NCBI GenBank assembly: GCA_004431415.1
Contig: QPMI01000106.1
Coordinates: 124,001 to 188,000 of the forward strand
Length of the DNA: 64,000 bases
Direction: 5' to 3'
DNA from: Cyanophora paradoxa CCMP329
Taxonomy: Eukaryota > Plantae > Glaucophyta
Shown here: positions 1 through 14,600 of the stretch, piece after piece
Layout of the letters: every line of letters starts with the position of its first letter
How positions within the stretch are numbered: the first letter of the stretch is position 1
The notes under the pieces: generated by a model
Database searches by the model: none
Told to the model about the DNA's origin: nothing
The model's input: only the letters and a program-made list of their open reading frames with translations
Position numbers and translations under genes: made by a program

Positions 1-275
1 GTGTCGCCGCGGCGCTGCCAGGCTGCCCCTCGAGCTCGCTTTTGCGCACGGTCGCCGCGGTGCTTACCCCCGCTGGGCACGGTGGCGCACGCTGCTAGCG
101 CTGCGCTCGCTCCGCCCGGACAGAGCGTCACGGGAACGCACCTGCAGCTGGCCGGCCCGGCGGCGCCATATGCATGCTGGCGCAGCAGAGGGGGGCGAGC
201 TGCGCCAGGGTACGCGTTCGGCAAGGCAAGCGAGGCAGCCGCGTAGGTCGAACTTGAGCTTCCGGATCGGCAAGG

Positions 276-3744
<3,469 letters not shown>

Positions 3745-4303
3745 GCCCCGGGCCCGGCCCCTCTAGGCCGTCGATCGCGACGGGACCTCATTTTTGGCGC
3801 GTGTGCTCGTACGAGCGTATCCGAATGTGAATCGGCTTCCAAAAACAATGCCTAGGCTGGGCAAAGCACGCCGCGCGCGGCCGCGGGGACGCGAGGAGGT
3901 ACCCCGCTGCAGCTGCAGCCTGCAGGCCTAGGACAGGAAATTACAAGCAGCGATCGAGGATTCACTGAGGGCACAACTGCCACTGAATCTAGTGGTACGT
4001 AATCTACGAGCTAAAAAGAGGTTCACTATCAATCTTGAAATCAGATCACATGAAAACCCGAGCTAGAAAAGATGGGAACTGGTACTCTGGACTGAGAACG
4101 CCCAAAAGAGGCCGCGCGGCTGGGCTGGCCTCCCAGAAACAAAGGGCAGGTCCGGATCCATCCTAGGGCTGAAAGGCGCAGACGGGGGGCTGAGAGGGGA
4201 CCCGCGGCGCGGCGTTCGCCCACGCCGCAGAGCCCGCCGCCGAAGCCGACCCGCGCCGGCCGACCGGCCGCGGCCGCCGAGACGCGGCGCATCGGCCGGG
4301 TCC

Positions 4304-4903
4304 TCACGAGACGCCCATCGCCTCCATTAGCGCCGCCGTCGCCGCCTCGGCCGCCGCCCGCGCCTGCTTGCAGGCGGCCTTGTGCGTCGGCCAGTGCGCC
4401 CGCTGGCACTCCACCGCGCAGTACGAGACGGTTCTGCAGCCCGTGCACGCTTTGAGGGCGGCCGGCGCGGCCGGCGCCGGCTTCGCGCCCTCCGCTGCTG
4501 CCGCCGCCGCTGCCGCGCGCGTCGCGCAGGTCGGGTTGTCGCAGAGCGCCTGCGCCGGCCCCGCCGCTGGCGCCGCGGCCGAGGACCGCTCCGCGTGCTT
4601 CTCCTCCAGCGCAGCCTTCAGAAGGAGCCGCCGCGCCTCGCCGTCGCGCCCCGAGCCGATGAGCCCCGCCTTGGATGAGAAGTCGGGCCGCTCCTGAAAG
4701 TCCTCCTCCAACTTCCGCAGCGGCGCCACAGCGATCTTGGACATGAGCTTGTTCGCTTTGTTGTTGCTCGCGTCCATGCGCTTGCCCTCCTTGGCCTTCT
4801 TGTTCTTCCCCCGCTGCGCGCGCCACGCGATCAGGACGAATCGCGGGGAGTCCCTAGCGCGAGTAATCGCGGAAACAGGCTTAGCGGCGCGCCGTGGGTT
4901 CAT
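4304..4903 (-). CDS. MYND-type zinc finger protein
   Basis: Motif CDNPTC-(Ala-rich insert)[26 protein letters not shown] matches the MYND consensus. Start is uncertain (ATG at 4903 or 4777). Confidence 0.8.
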   Translation of the reverse strand: MNPRRAAKPVSAITRARDSPRFVLIAWRAQRGKNKKAKEGKRMDASNNKANKLMSKIAVAPLRKLEEDFQERPDFSSKAGLIGSGRDGEARRLLLKAALEEKHAERSSAAAPAAGPAQALCDNPTCATRAAAAAAAAEGAKPAPAAPAALKACTGCRTVSYCAVECQRAHWPTHKAACKQARAAAEAATAALMEAMGVS

Positions 4904-5604
4904 CGGGCGGCGCGCGGGATGCCGCCCGAGAGGCCGGGAATCCCGGCGCTCTGGGCCTCGGGCCTGGGGCAAGCGCGGGCGCGCGCACCTTCGACGTGTA
5001 CATCCCCGGGTCCCCCATCGCTCCTGCTGGTGCGCTGCGGTCGCGTTGCTTTCTAGATTGCTGCTTGCGGAGAGAGGTCGGAGGGCTGCGCGCAAACCGA
5101 CCGCTAGCTACAGCGCTGCGATTCAGCCACCACCGGCGCTAGGAAGCGAAAGCCTCTGCAGACTTGCCTCGCCGAGCACGTACCCTGGCACAGCTCGCCC
5201 CCCGCTCCTCGACCTCGCTTCCGGCTGTGTAGCGATCAGAGGCTTCAGAGCGCTCGGGTGACGCGCGGGTGCGTGTGTGTAAGCGAATGGCCTCTTCGGA
5301 GCTCGAGCGGCTGACGGACATTCTCCCCCGCGCAGCTTCGAAACGTAAACGCGGAGCGTGCCGTACGCGTGGAGGGCACGCGAAGGGCGCCTCACTGAGT
5401 CAAGCGCCTTCAAGTGCGTTCGCGCACCTCGGGGCCTCTGAGTTAGCGATCGAGCGCGGGCGGCCATGGCCAGCTGCGATCGAAAGCGCGGCTCGCTGCT
5501 GCAAGCTTAAGAGCGCAGCTGAGGGGCACGTCTAGCTGATATTATCAAGAGAGCGTGGTTCGCAAAAGCGCACGCGACGCTGACGATATTTTCGGCAGCT
5601 GCGC

Positions 5605-8600
5605 ATGCAGAAGCTTAAGAACTCGCACGGCCGCGGCCGCGGCCGCGACTCGCCTGAGTCGCCTCCCGCGGAACCGGGACGATGCATGAATGCATGGCGT
5701 TGTGTAGCTTCGTCCATTACAGCTCGTGCTCCCCCTTTCGCTGCGGCCGCGGCGGAACTCGCGGCGGCGCGCGATCGTGATTCAGATCCGTCCCGCGCTG
5801 TTCCCGCCCCTTCGCCAGAACCGACGCCAGAGCGGGCGCCCGCCATGGATAATGCAGCTGCTTCTCCGTCATCATCTCGGGTGAAGAAGAAACAGAAGGT
5901 GCGCACTCATTAAATTTCAGCCTTAGAAGCTTAAAGCTTAAGCTTGGCCGCCATCTTTCTCTCATTCGAATAAATATTCTTCTACAGGTTCATATCGGCA
6001 CGCTCGCGAGCCCACTGCCCGAAGTAAGCTGATTTCCGCTGCGGGCGCGCCTGCGAGCGGCGCCCTAGGCCTCATGCATATGATCGCTCCGCGCGCATAT
6101 GCATCAGGACGCAGCAAGTCCGGCACGCGCCTTGAGCTTTTTCGACGATGACGTGACGGGCGCGTGCGACGTGGCGCCGGCGCCGGCGGATCCCGACCCT
6201 TTGCCTCCCTCGCTCGAAGCTGACGGCGGTTCGAGCTTCAAAGTCGGGGCAGCGGTCCGGGCCCGTCCTTATATATTTAATTATGCAGGGGCCACGGGTC
6301 CCGGATCTTCAGATCGATGTGTGACTTCGAGCTCGCAGAGCGAATTCGAAGCATCCAAAGCCGCGGAGCCTTCGAATTTGGCGGCGATCGACATATCTCC
6401 GGTGACTGATCAGCCCTTCCCACCATCGGTCTGCATGCACTCGCACGCGGGGAAATCGCAATTGGCGCCGCGGAGTGCGCGCCTCTGATCGTGCCGCGCA
6501 GGGCGAGGCGTCCGGAGATCTAGATCTCGAGAGCTGGCGGGAGGCGGTCGCGCGGGACGCGTACGCGGATCCGGAGGAGGGGGGGCGGCCGCGGGTCGGC
6601 TCGGCCCTGCCGGCGGTCTCAACCTCTTCTTCGAGCAAGGGGGAGCTCGGGCTCGGGCTGGAGGAGGCTTCGGGGGACTTCGAATCGAAAGCAGAGGCCA
6701 CCTCGAGCTCGGGCATGGCCATGGTACCGGTTGTGAGCGACCCTTTGAATTCGGATCTTGAAATGAATTGCTCGAGGCCGTCCGAGCTGCTGCGTGCGTT
6801 TCGCTTTTTAAATTTCATGATCGTTTGCTCTAGATCTAGATCTTTTCTCTGCTGGCTCCGGGCCCAGGCCGCTCGCGCAGGGCTCCTCGGGACGCGCTGG
6901 AAGGACCTCGTGACGCCCCGGGTCCGAGCAAACCCGCCTATTATTATTACGGTTTCCGATTACGTATACGGTTCTATACGGTCTTACGTAATTCGAACCC
7001 TCTACGTATTATTTTACGATTTCCTCGCCGCGCCCGTTTACAAGCCCCGCGTCTCTTCAGGTTGACCCCGAGCTCTTCGAGAGGGTGTGGGCGGCAGTAA
7101 TGAACCTAAAGGCGCGTTCTACTCCACTCCTTTCCAATTGTAACCTTATTTGGTTTTTAATATGCGCTTTGTGATCATTTTCGTACCCAAACAGTGGGTG
7201 GCACCGCACGTCCACTGCATCGTTCGGGACTGCGATGCCGAGGTCGGTCCTCGTCAGGATCCGTATTTAACGGCCTTCACTTTGGCGGAAGAAAAGGTGA
7301 GCCTGTTGACGTTTATATTAAATTTACTCCAACCTCCAAATCAAAAGATTTTGATCACGACACATGTACTCTTGGGGTCTCCAGGTCATCTCACCCCTTC
7401 TCCCCTCGGTCAAGGATGCCCAGCGCTTTCGAGACCGCTGCAGAATCGCATGGTGCTGTGCTTTAATTTCTCTGTAAAATTACACATCATGATCAATGAA
7501 TTCGTTCTCATGCGAGACGACACTCATGCGTGCTCTAGGTTCGGACCGCAGGGGCCCCTGGAACGCGGCGAAACGCTTCCTCCCACCCTACTGCGGGGTA
7601 CAGCGTTTTCTGCTCTAGATCTCCACATGGATCTCTATTTTTCATCAAGCCCGACATGACCTCAAAAAATTGCGCATTGCCAGGCTACAAGGGCGAGTCT
7701 TTCTACAAGAAACTGTTCGAAACTCGGGACAAAGAGCGTCCCCAAATCGGCTACAACGACTCGAGGTGCTCCCTGGCGCTATCCTGTACCCCCACTAAAA
7801 CTTGCAAGCCCCGATGAGTCGGCGATGACGGTGCCGCAGGTGGCGGGAGGACGCGGCGGGGGCCGTGGCGCGGACCGTCGCGTTCGTCGCCGAGGAGACG
7901 GGGGCACTGGAGGTGCTCGAATTCGAAAATTCTTCGTCTCTGAACGTTTCAATCGGCATTGTTTTCTGAGGAGATGCAGGCGTGGTCTGCGTCGCTGGTG
8001 CCGAGCGAGTCTTTCTGCGGTCGAACACGAGACGAAGAAGATCTAGAAGGAAACAGAGCAGTGCACGTGGCAGCGGCTGTGGAGCAGGAGGAGTTCGAAT
8101 TCCGAGCTTCGAACTCGAGCTCTGCCTTAGTTCTGCTGCTGCCGTCTTCATCGGCGACTGTTCAGGCGCTATCGACGTCGGAGGCGCCGCAGGCACCTCT
8201 CCCCAGGCGTAACCCGCCTCGCCGCGCCCCCCACGTCTACCTCGCCTTCCCCCGCCCGCGGTCCTCTCGTCGGTCTACCGTCCATGGCCAAGTCGCGAGA
8301 CGCACCACAGCCGCCCTTCCGCTCTCATCCGTCCCAGCTCCAACTCCAGCAGACGGCGCGGTCATTCGCCCCAGCCCTCGGGATTCGCACGTGCAGTCTG
8401 GGCCGCCTTCCTTCCAGCACGCAGAGCCGCCCTCATCCATCTCAGCTCCGGATCCAGCAGACGGCGTGGTCATTCACCCCAGCCTGGGGGTCGCCGGTCG
8501 CTGCCCTGGGGCTTCGAATTCGCACGCGCAGCCTGGGCCGCCTCCCTTCGAGCACGCGGAGCAACTGCAGCACCCGCGTTCCGTCGCCCGCTTGACAATT

Positions 8601-11600
8601 GCAGGTCCGCCTTTATTCTGTTATATATCTTTCACGGTGGTCCCGTCCTTGCCGCTAGCTATATAGCGCTGCGCCAACGCTTGCAGCGGCAGGGGCACAG
8701 GTGAAGCCGGCTGATCACGATGATCATCGTCGCTCGCCATCGGCCATGGACACTTGTTCCTCAACTTCTGCGGCGCCGGCAGATGCTTCGGATCCTGCAG
8801 ACGATTGCAATGACATTTCGGTCTGTGTCTCTCACAAAACGGTCCGCTCCCGTCCCGATCCTCGAGCCCGGGTCGCTGCAACGCTGATGAGCACACGCGT
8901 ACGGCCAGACGGCGCCAAATGCAGAGCGATCGGCTGGGGAGGAGGCGCCTGGACTTGCAATTGAAGGGGGAAGATTAACGGAGGGGGGCGTGCATTTGAA
9001 CGCAGCAGTCTCGCTGCCTTCGTCGCTGCCTTCGGAAGAAAAAAGAGCCATGAGCCATGAGCAACGCGTACCAGAGCACAGCTGCAGCGCCAGCAACGAC
9101 GCCGACGGAAGGGGCGCCAGCGCCTCAAGTTCGAATTTTGGCGAGGAGTCCGCATTTCCGGCGGCAGCTGTTTTTGCGGAGGCCGCGTCGCCAGCTGCAG
9201 CTGCGGCGGCGGCGGCGGCGGGGAGCGAGCTCGAGCTCCAGGACGGCGTTTCGAACTCCGCGGGCGATCGCGAGGGGCCGCGGGCGTGGGATGTACACGA
9301 CTGCGTCCACTGCCGCCTCGACCGCAGCGGCCGGTTCTACGTCGAGTTTCCGTGGCGCGGGCATCGGTTCAGCGCGTACGGCTTCCAGTTCCGTCAGGTG
9401 CGATATCGATGCACAAATGCGAGCGATCGAAGTATAAAACGCGCATGCGCAGGAGGCGGCGCGGTATCGGGACCGCTGCATTCTGGCGGCGCAGTGGCTC
9501 GACCGGCGGGACGGGCGCGACGACGTGGGTGGGCCCTCCGACGCCGATCTCAGCTGCGACCGGCGCGAGTACGACGGCGATCCTCTCTTCAAGAGGCTGG
9601 AGGCGGCCGCGGAGGCCCTGGACGGAATCGACGGCAAGAATATCCTCGCGCTTTTTGAAGCCGTTAGAGCTCTGGTCCCGGTGGAGTACTACGACGGGCC
9701 AGTTGAAGTGCGTCCCTTTCTATAGCCTATAAGAATATTTAGGCCTTGCAATCGGGCTTGCAATATTTTTAATCGGCCGTGCCGTGCCATCCTAGGCCTG
9801 TTCTGATGGCGTGCAGGTACAGGCCGTCCATGATCATGCCCTCTCGTCTGCAGCTACCGTGCGTCGCGTCCTCCGCGCGCAGCTCCGTTTTCACTCTGCA
9901 GCAGGACGGTGGCGAAGTTGAGCCGGGGGTCGCGGATCCGGGGGCGAGCTCTGCGTGCGCCGCGCCTTCGGACCCTGCAGCTGGGCCTTCGGAGGCGGCG
10001 GCAGCTGCAGTGTGTACGGCACCTGCCGACTTTGCGGCGGATATCGCATGCCATTCGAAGGTACACATTCGCCTTACGTATGGCTTGCAATCGCGAGCGC
10101 TAGCGCTGATCATAACGGTCAATGCGGCCGGCCGGATCGCCCGAGAAGAGCCGAGAAGAGGCGATTGTGGGAGAGCTCGAGGCTGGCAATGCAGAAGCTT
10201 GTGGCGATCGTGAGAATGTCGACGAAACGATGGAAACGGAAAGGGAGATGGTGGGGGTAACGATGGATTCGCGCTTCGCAAAGGCGAAATTCCGCAGCCA
10301 TTTGAGGTGGCGGGGCTACCCTTGCTGGACTGGGTTCTTCCACTCCCGCGAGGCGAGCTCTCCCTTTTATTTACATCTTTAATTTACATCTCTTTTGACG
10401 GGGAAAGGGCAGGAGGCGGCGCGCTTCCGCGACCGGTGCATCCTCGTCTGCCACGAGCTCGACCGGCGCGATGGGCTCCACGGAGCTGCGAGGGCCCCCG
10501 CCAAGCTCAACTACGACGCGAGCGGTGCGATTTATACTTATAATTAATGCTAGAACACGATAGGGTCCCGAGATCTTTAGCTAGAGATTTGTTTCGAGGT
10601 TCATTTTCGATTCGCAGAGTACGCCGGAGAGCCGCTGTTCGAGGAAGTGCGGATGGGCCCGGGCGCCCTGGGGAGCTCGGCGTCCTTCACTGACTTCAAG
10701 GCCGTGCGGGATCTCGTGAGGAAGCACACGCGCGCGGCCGCGGGCGCCGGTGGCGCTCCGGATGATCCAGACGAGGCAGCAACGGGGGCAGCCGACGTCG
10801 ACGTGCTCCCGATTAGTTTCTCTTTTAATTTCGTCTTCACAGGACTTATAAATACGTGTACATTTTCAGGCTGCTTTAGATCTGCGTGCGCAGGCCACTC
10901 CCACAGATGCCGGTACAGCAGCGGCCCCTACGGTGTCTGATATCGGGAACGACGGCCACGGGAGCGGAGGAGGCCTAGGCGATCGGGAGCTCGAGCTTTC
11001 TCTTTCGCAAGCCAGCTGCAGGCCGACCCAGCTCCTTCGTGCGCGCACTTTCAGCTGTATCCGCCCCGTGCACGTGCATGCAACTAACAACGTCGACGAA
11101 CACAGGGTTCCTGAGCACTCACTGGCGGGTCTTGGTGACTCCTCCGGTGAGAAACAAATCCTTCGATTCCTGGCTAATTATGTATATATTCGCGGCCATC
11201 ACGGCCATGCACTGCGACGCTCATCTCGATCACACTCGCTATTCAGGTGGATCCAACAATTATCGAGAAGGTCTGGACACTCGTCACGAGCTCGAATGTA
11301 TGCGCCGCGCCCCGCCGCCCGCTCGTATTCCCTTACCATTTGGCCGCCTCAGGAAGAAACTCGTTACGTCTACCGCATTCCTGGACAAGGAGGCCACGTC
11401 GACGACGTCGTTGAAGCCATCTATGTGGCCGCATTCACTCTCGAGAACGAGAAGGTGCCATGATGCACGCAATTAATTTTATAAGATGAACGCGGTCCGT
11501 TACAATTGACTTCTAATCCTTGTTTCTCTTGAAGGTCGTCTCGCCACCGCTGCCGTCGTTCGAGGCGGCCCTCCGCTTCCGCGACCGCTGCCGCATCGCC

Positions 11601-14600
11601 TGGTCCGTCTCGCCTCGCCCGGCCCCGTCGGTTTCAAAGATATGCATCTAATCAATACGTTGATTTTTAAGATAAGCATCCTATCAATATATATAGAATT
11701 CCTAGTGCGGCCGTGTACACGTCCATTCTATCATTATAAACATTTCTTTCTCTAGTGCGCATGCATATGCGCAGCCGGCCGCAGAGCGCCAGTACCGCAG
11801 CCAGTTGTCGACGTCGCGCTGAGAGTGCGGCAGGTTCGGCTCGGATGGGCCTGGTGGGCCGAGGTACGAGCAGTTCGGCGACAGTCTCACGTTCCCGCTG
11901 CAAGGTACGCATACCTCTCTAAATTAAATCTCAAATCCTGAAGAGAATGTCTGAAGTTTCTTCTTGCAGAATACAAAGGCGATTCGTTCTACAAAAAGCT
12001 CTTTAGAGGACACGTCGCCCGGCGCGTCCGCGTCGGCGACAACGACCCGGCGTGCGTTTTGAATTCGAGCTTCTGCTCGAGCTCCGGATCCTTGCCGGCG
12101 GTCCAGAGTTTTGACAAAGCGGACGTAGGTGGCGGGAGGACGTGGCAGCGGCCGTGGCGCGGACCGTCGCGTTCGTCGCCGGGGAGACGGGAGCTACGGA
12201 TCCGGAGGTGCCCTTTCTTTTAAGATCTTATAAGATCAATAGAAGTGCTTAAAAGATTCTATAAGATCTTATAGAAGTGCTTGAATCTGCCACCGGGGAG
12301 ACGGGGGCCCTGGAGGCGCTGCAGGTGCCCTTTCTTTTAAGATCTTATAAGATCAATAGAAGTGCTTAAAAGATTCTATAAGATCTTATAGAAGTGCTTG
12401 AATCTGCCGCCGGGGAGACGGGGGCCCTGGAGGCGCTGCAGGTGCTCTCTCCGGACATTCTATAATAAGCTTTGCCTGGTTTATTGGCTTAATTTATAAG
12501 CTCTTATAGTCTCTTGTAGACTTTAATTAGAGGTGCCGCAGGTGCTCTGGATTTCTTCTGACATTGTTCTGCATTGTCATTCGGCTCCTTACGATCGCAA
12601 TTTCGCCTTGCACGGCAGACGCGAACTGGATCGCAACTGCTGCGAAAATGCGGCGTCCCACAAGATGCAAATGGTCAATCGCACATTGGCGAGAATTCGA
12701 ACTTCGAAGTCGTGATCAAGCAGGAAATCGAAGAAGAACACGAGAAGGAGGCTGCGTCCGCGGCACCGCTGGTTCCAGATGCAGCACCGCCAAACTCGCG
12801 ATCGGACCCGCAGCTGCAACAGCGGCTCCAACCACCGGCAGCTGATCCGACGGCGGCGCGGTCATCCCGCGCCCTTCGGTCGAAGGCGGCCGCTCAACAA
12901 AAGGTGACCGTGGAAGAGACGAAAGCGGCTTTCACTGAGCGAGAGGACCTGCGGGTGCGTACGCATACGCAATTAGACATGTACATGTGAACGTCCCTTT
13001 GTCTCCATCTGATTGCATTGGGCCGCGGCCGGCGACGGATCCGGATCCAGGGGGTCTCGGCATCTGTGGACATGCAAGGGCGCTTCAAGTGCAATTTGTC
13101 CTGGAGGCGGGCCGTGCGGTGGTTCACCGCGCCCGGTTCCCGCGAGGCAAGACTTCCTGCAGCTGCTTACTTTCTAGCTTTTTTTAGCTTCGCCGCCACT
13201 GCCTCGCTTTTGACGAGGGGAGGGCAGGAGGCGGCGCGCTTCCGCGACCGGTGCGTCCTCGTGTGCCACGAGCTCGACCGGCTGGAGGGTGCACAATTGG
13301 GCCCGAGGGAGGGATCCAAGCTCAACTACGACGCGAGCGGTGATTGCTTTGATTTGATTCGAATCCATGGCCAGCTAGCTCGTCTTAAATCGGCGGTTCT
13401 GCAGAGTACGACGGGGAGGCGCTGTTCGAGGAGGTGCGGCAGGGCGCCCTGGGCAACACGCGATCCCGCTCCGCACACGTGGTCTTCGAGGACGTGAAGA
13501 AGCTGGTGGCGAAGCACGGCGGCGGCGCCGCCCGCGCCGTCGCCGCCGCCGCCGGCCACGAGGGTGCACATGCTCAGGTGAGCGATGACGATATCGATCG
13601 CGGCCGCGCGCGAGCTCGAGCTTGCTATCGATGCGGCGCTCTGGCAGCAGCTGCTGACGTGCCTTTGACGTGACTGAGCCCTGCGCAGTCGACGTCGGTC
13701 CGCGCGCTGCTCGAGGCGGGCAGCCAGGGGGAGGCCCCCGCGGAGGCACCCGAGGCGGGCGCGGATGCGGAGCTGCCTGCGGCTGCGGATATCGATCGCG
13801 GCTGCGAGCTCACAATCGCGATCGAGGCGGCGGATCCGAACGAGGCGGCCGCAAGGCCACCGGTACTGGCAGAGGAGATGGATTCGAAGACCATCGAGCT
13901 CGAGGTGCGCCGATCGCGCTTTTTCCAGATGTGAAAGCTTAGAATTAGACATTACACGTTATTAAATTAGTCAGATCATGCATTCGGTCATGGAGTATGA
14001 TTAGCGATTGGCTCTGCATGTGAATGGACTTCTATTATTTAAATATAAATGGATTGATCATGAGCGGTATGCGCAGGAAACTGTGCAAAGAGCAATGCCA
14101 GCAGGCCGAACTGCGCGCCAACGGCGGAGCAACTCATCAGCAACCGACGAAGGAGATCAAGAACGACCCGCGCGGGCCGCAGCAAAGAAAATGGTGGTCC
14201 GTATGAGTACCCGCAATCGTCGTATCGTCATTTTCTAAGACGGCGGCCTGTACATGTCCAGGGAATTACTGCGTCTGAAGACAAGTGGGGGGATTTCGAG
14301 TGTTTCTTCGGCTGGCGGCGAGTCCAGTGGTGGGTCCACGGCTTTCACTCCCGCGAGGCGAGTCCTTTACTTTCATATACCAGCGCTAGCTATAGCGCTC
14401 TAGAAATCCCTCGCATAACGCTGGCGGGCTCGGGTGCCGGGGCACATGTACAGGAGGCAGCGCGCTTTCGGGACCGCTGCATCCTCTCCTGCCGGGAGCT
14501 CGACATGATGGAGGGGCGGGAGCCCGAAGGAAGGGGCGGGTCTCAGCTGAACTACGACGCGAGCGGTAAGGGGCTTACGACGTTGAATTTATAAGATGTG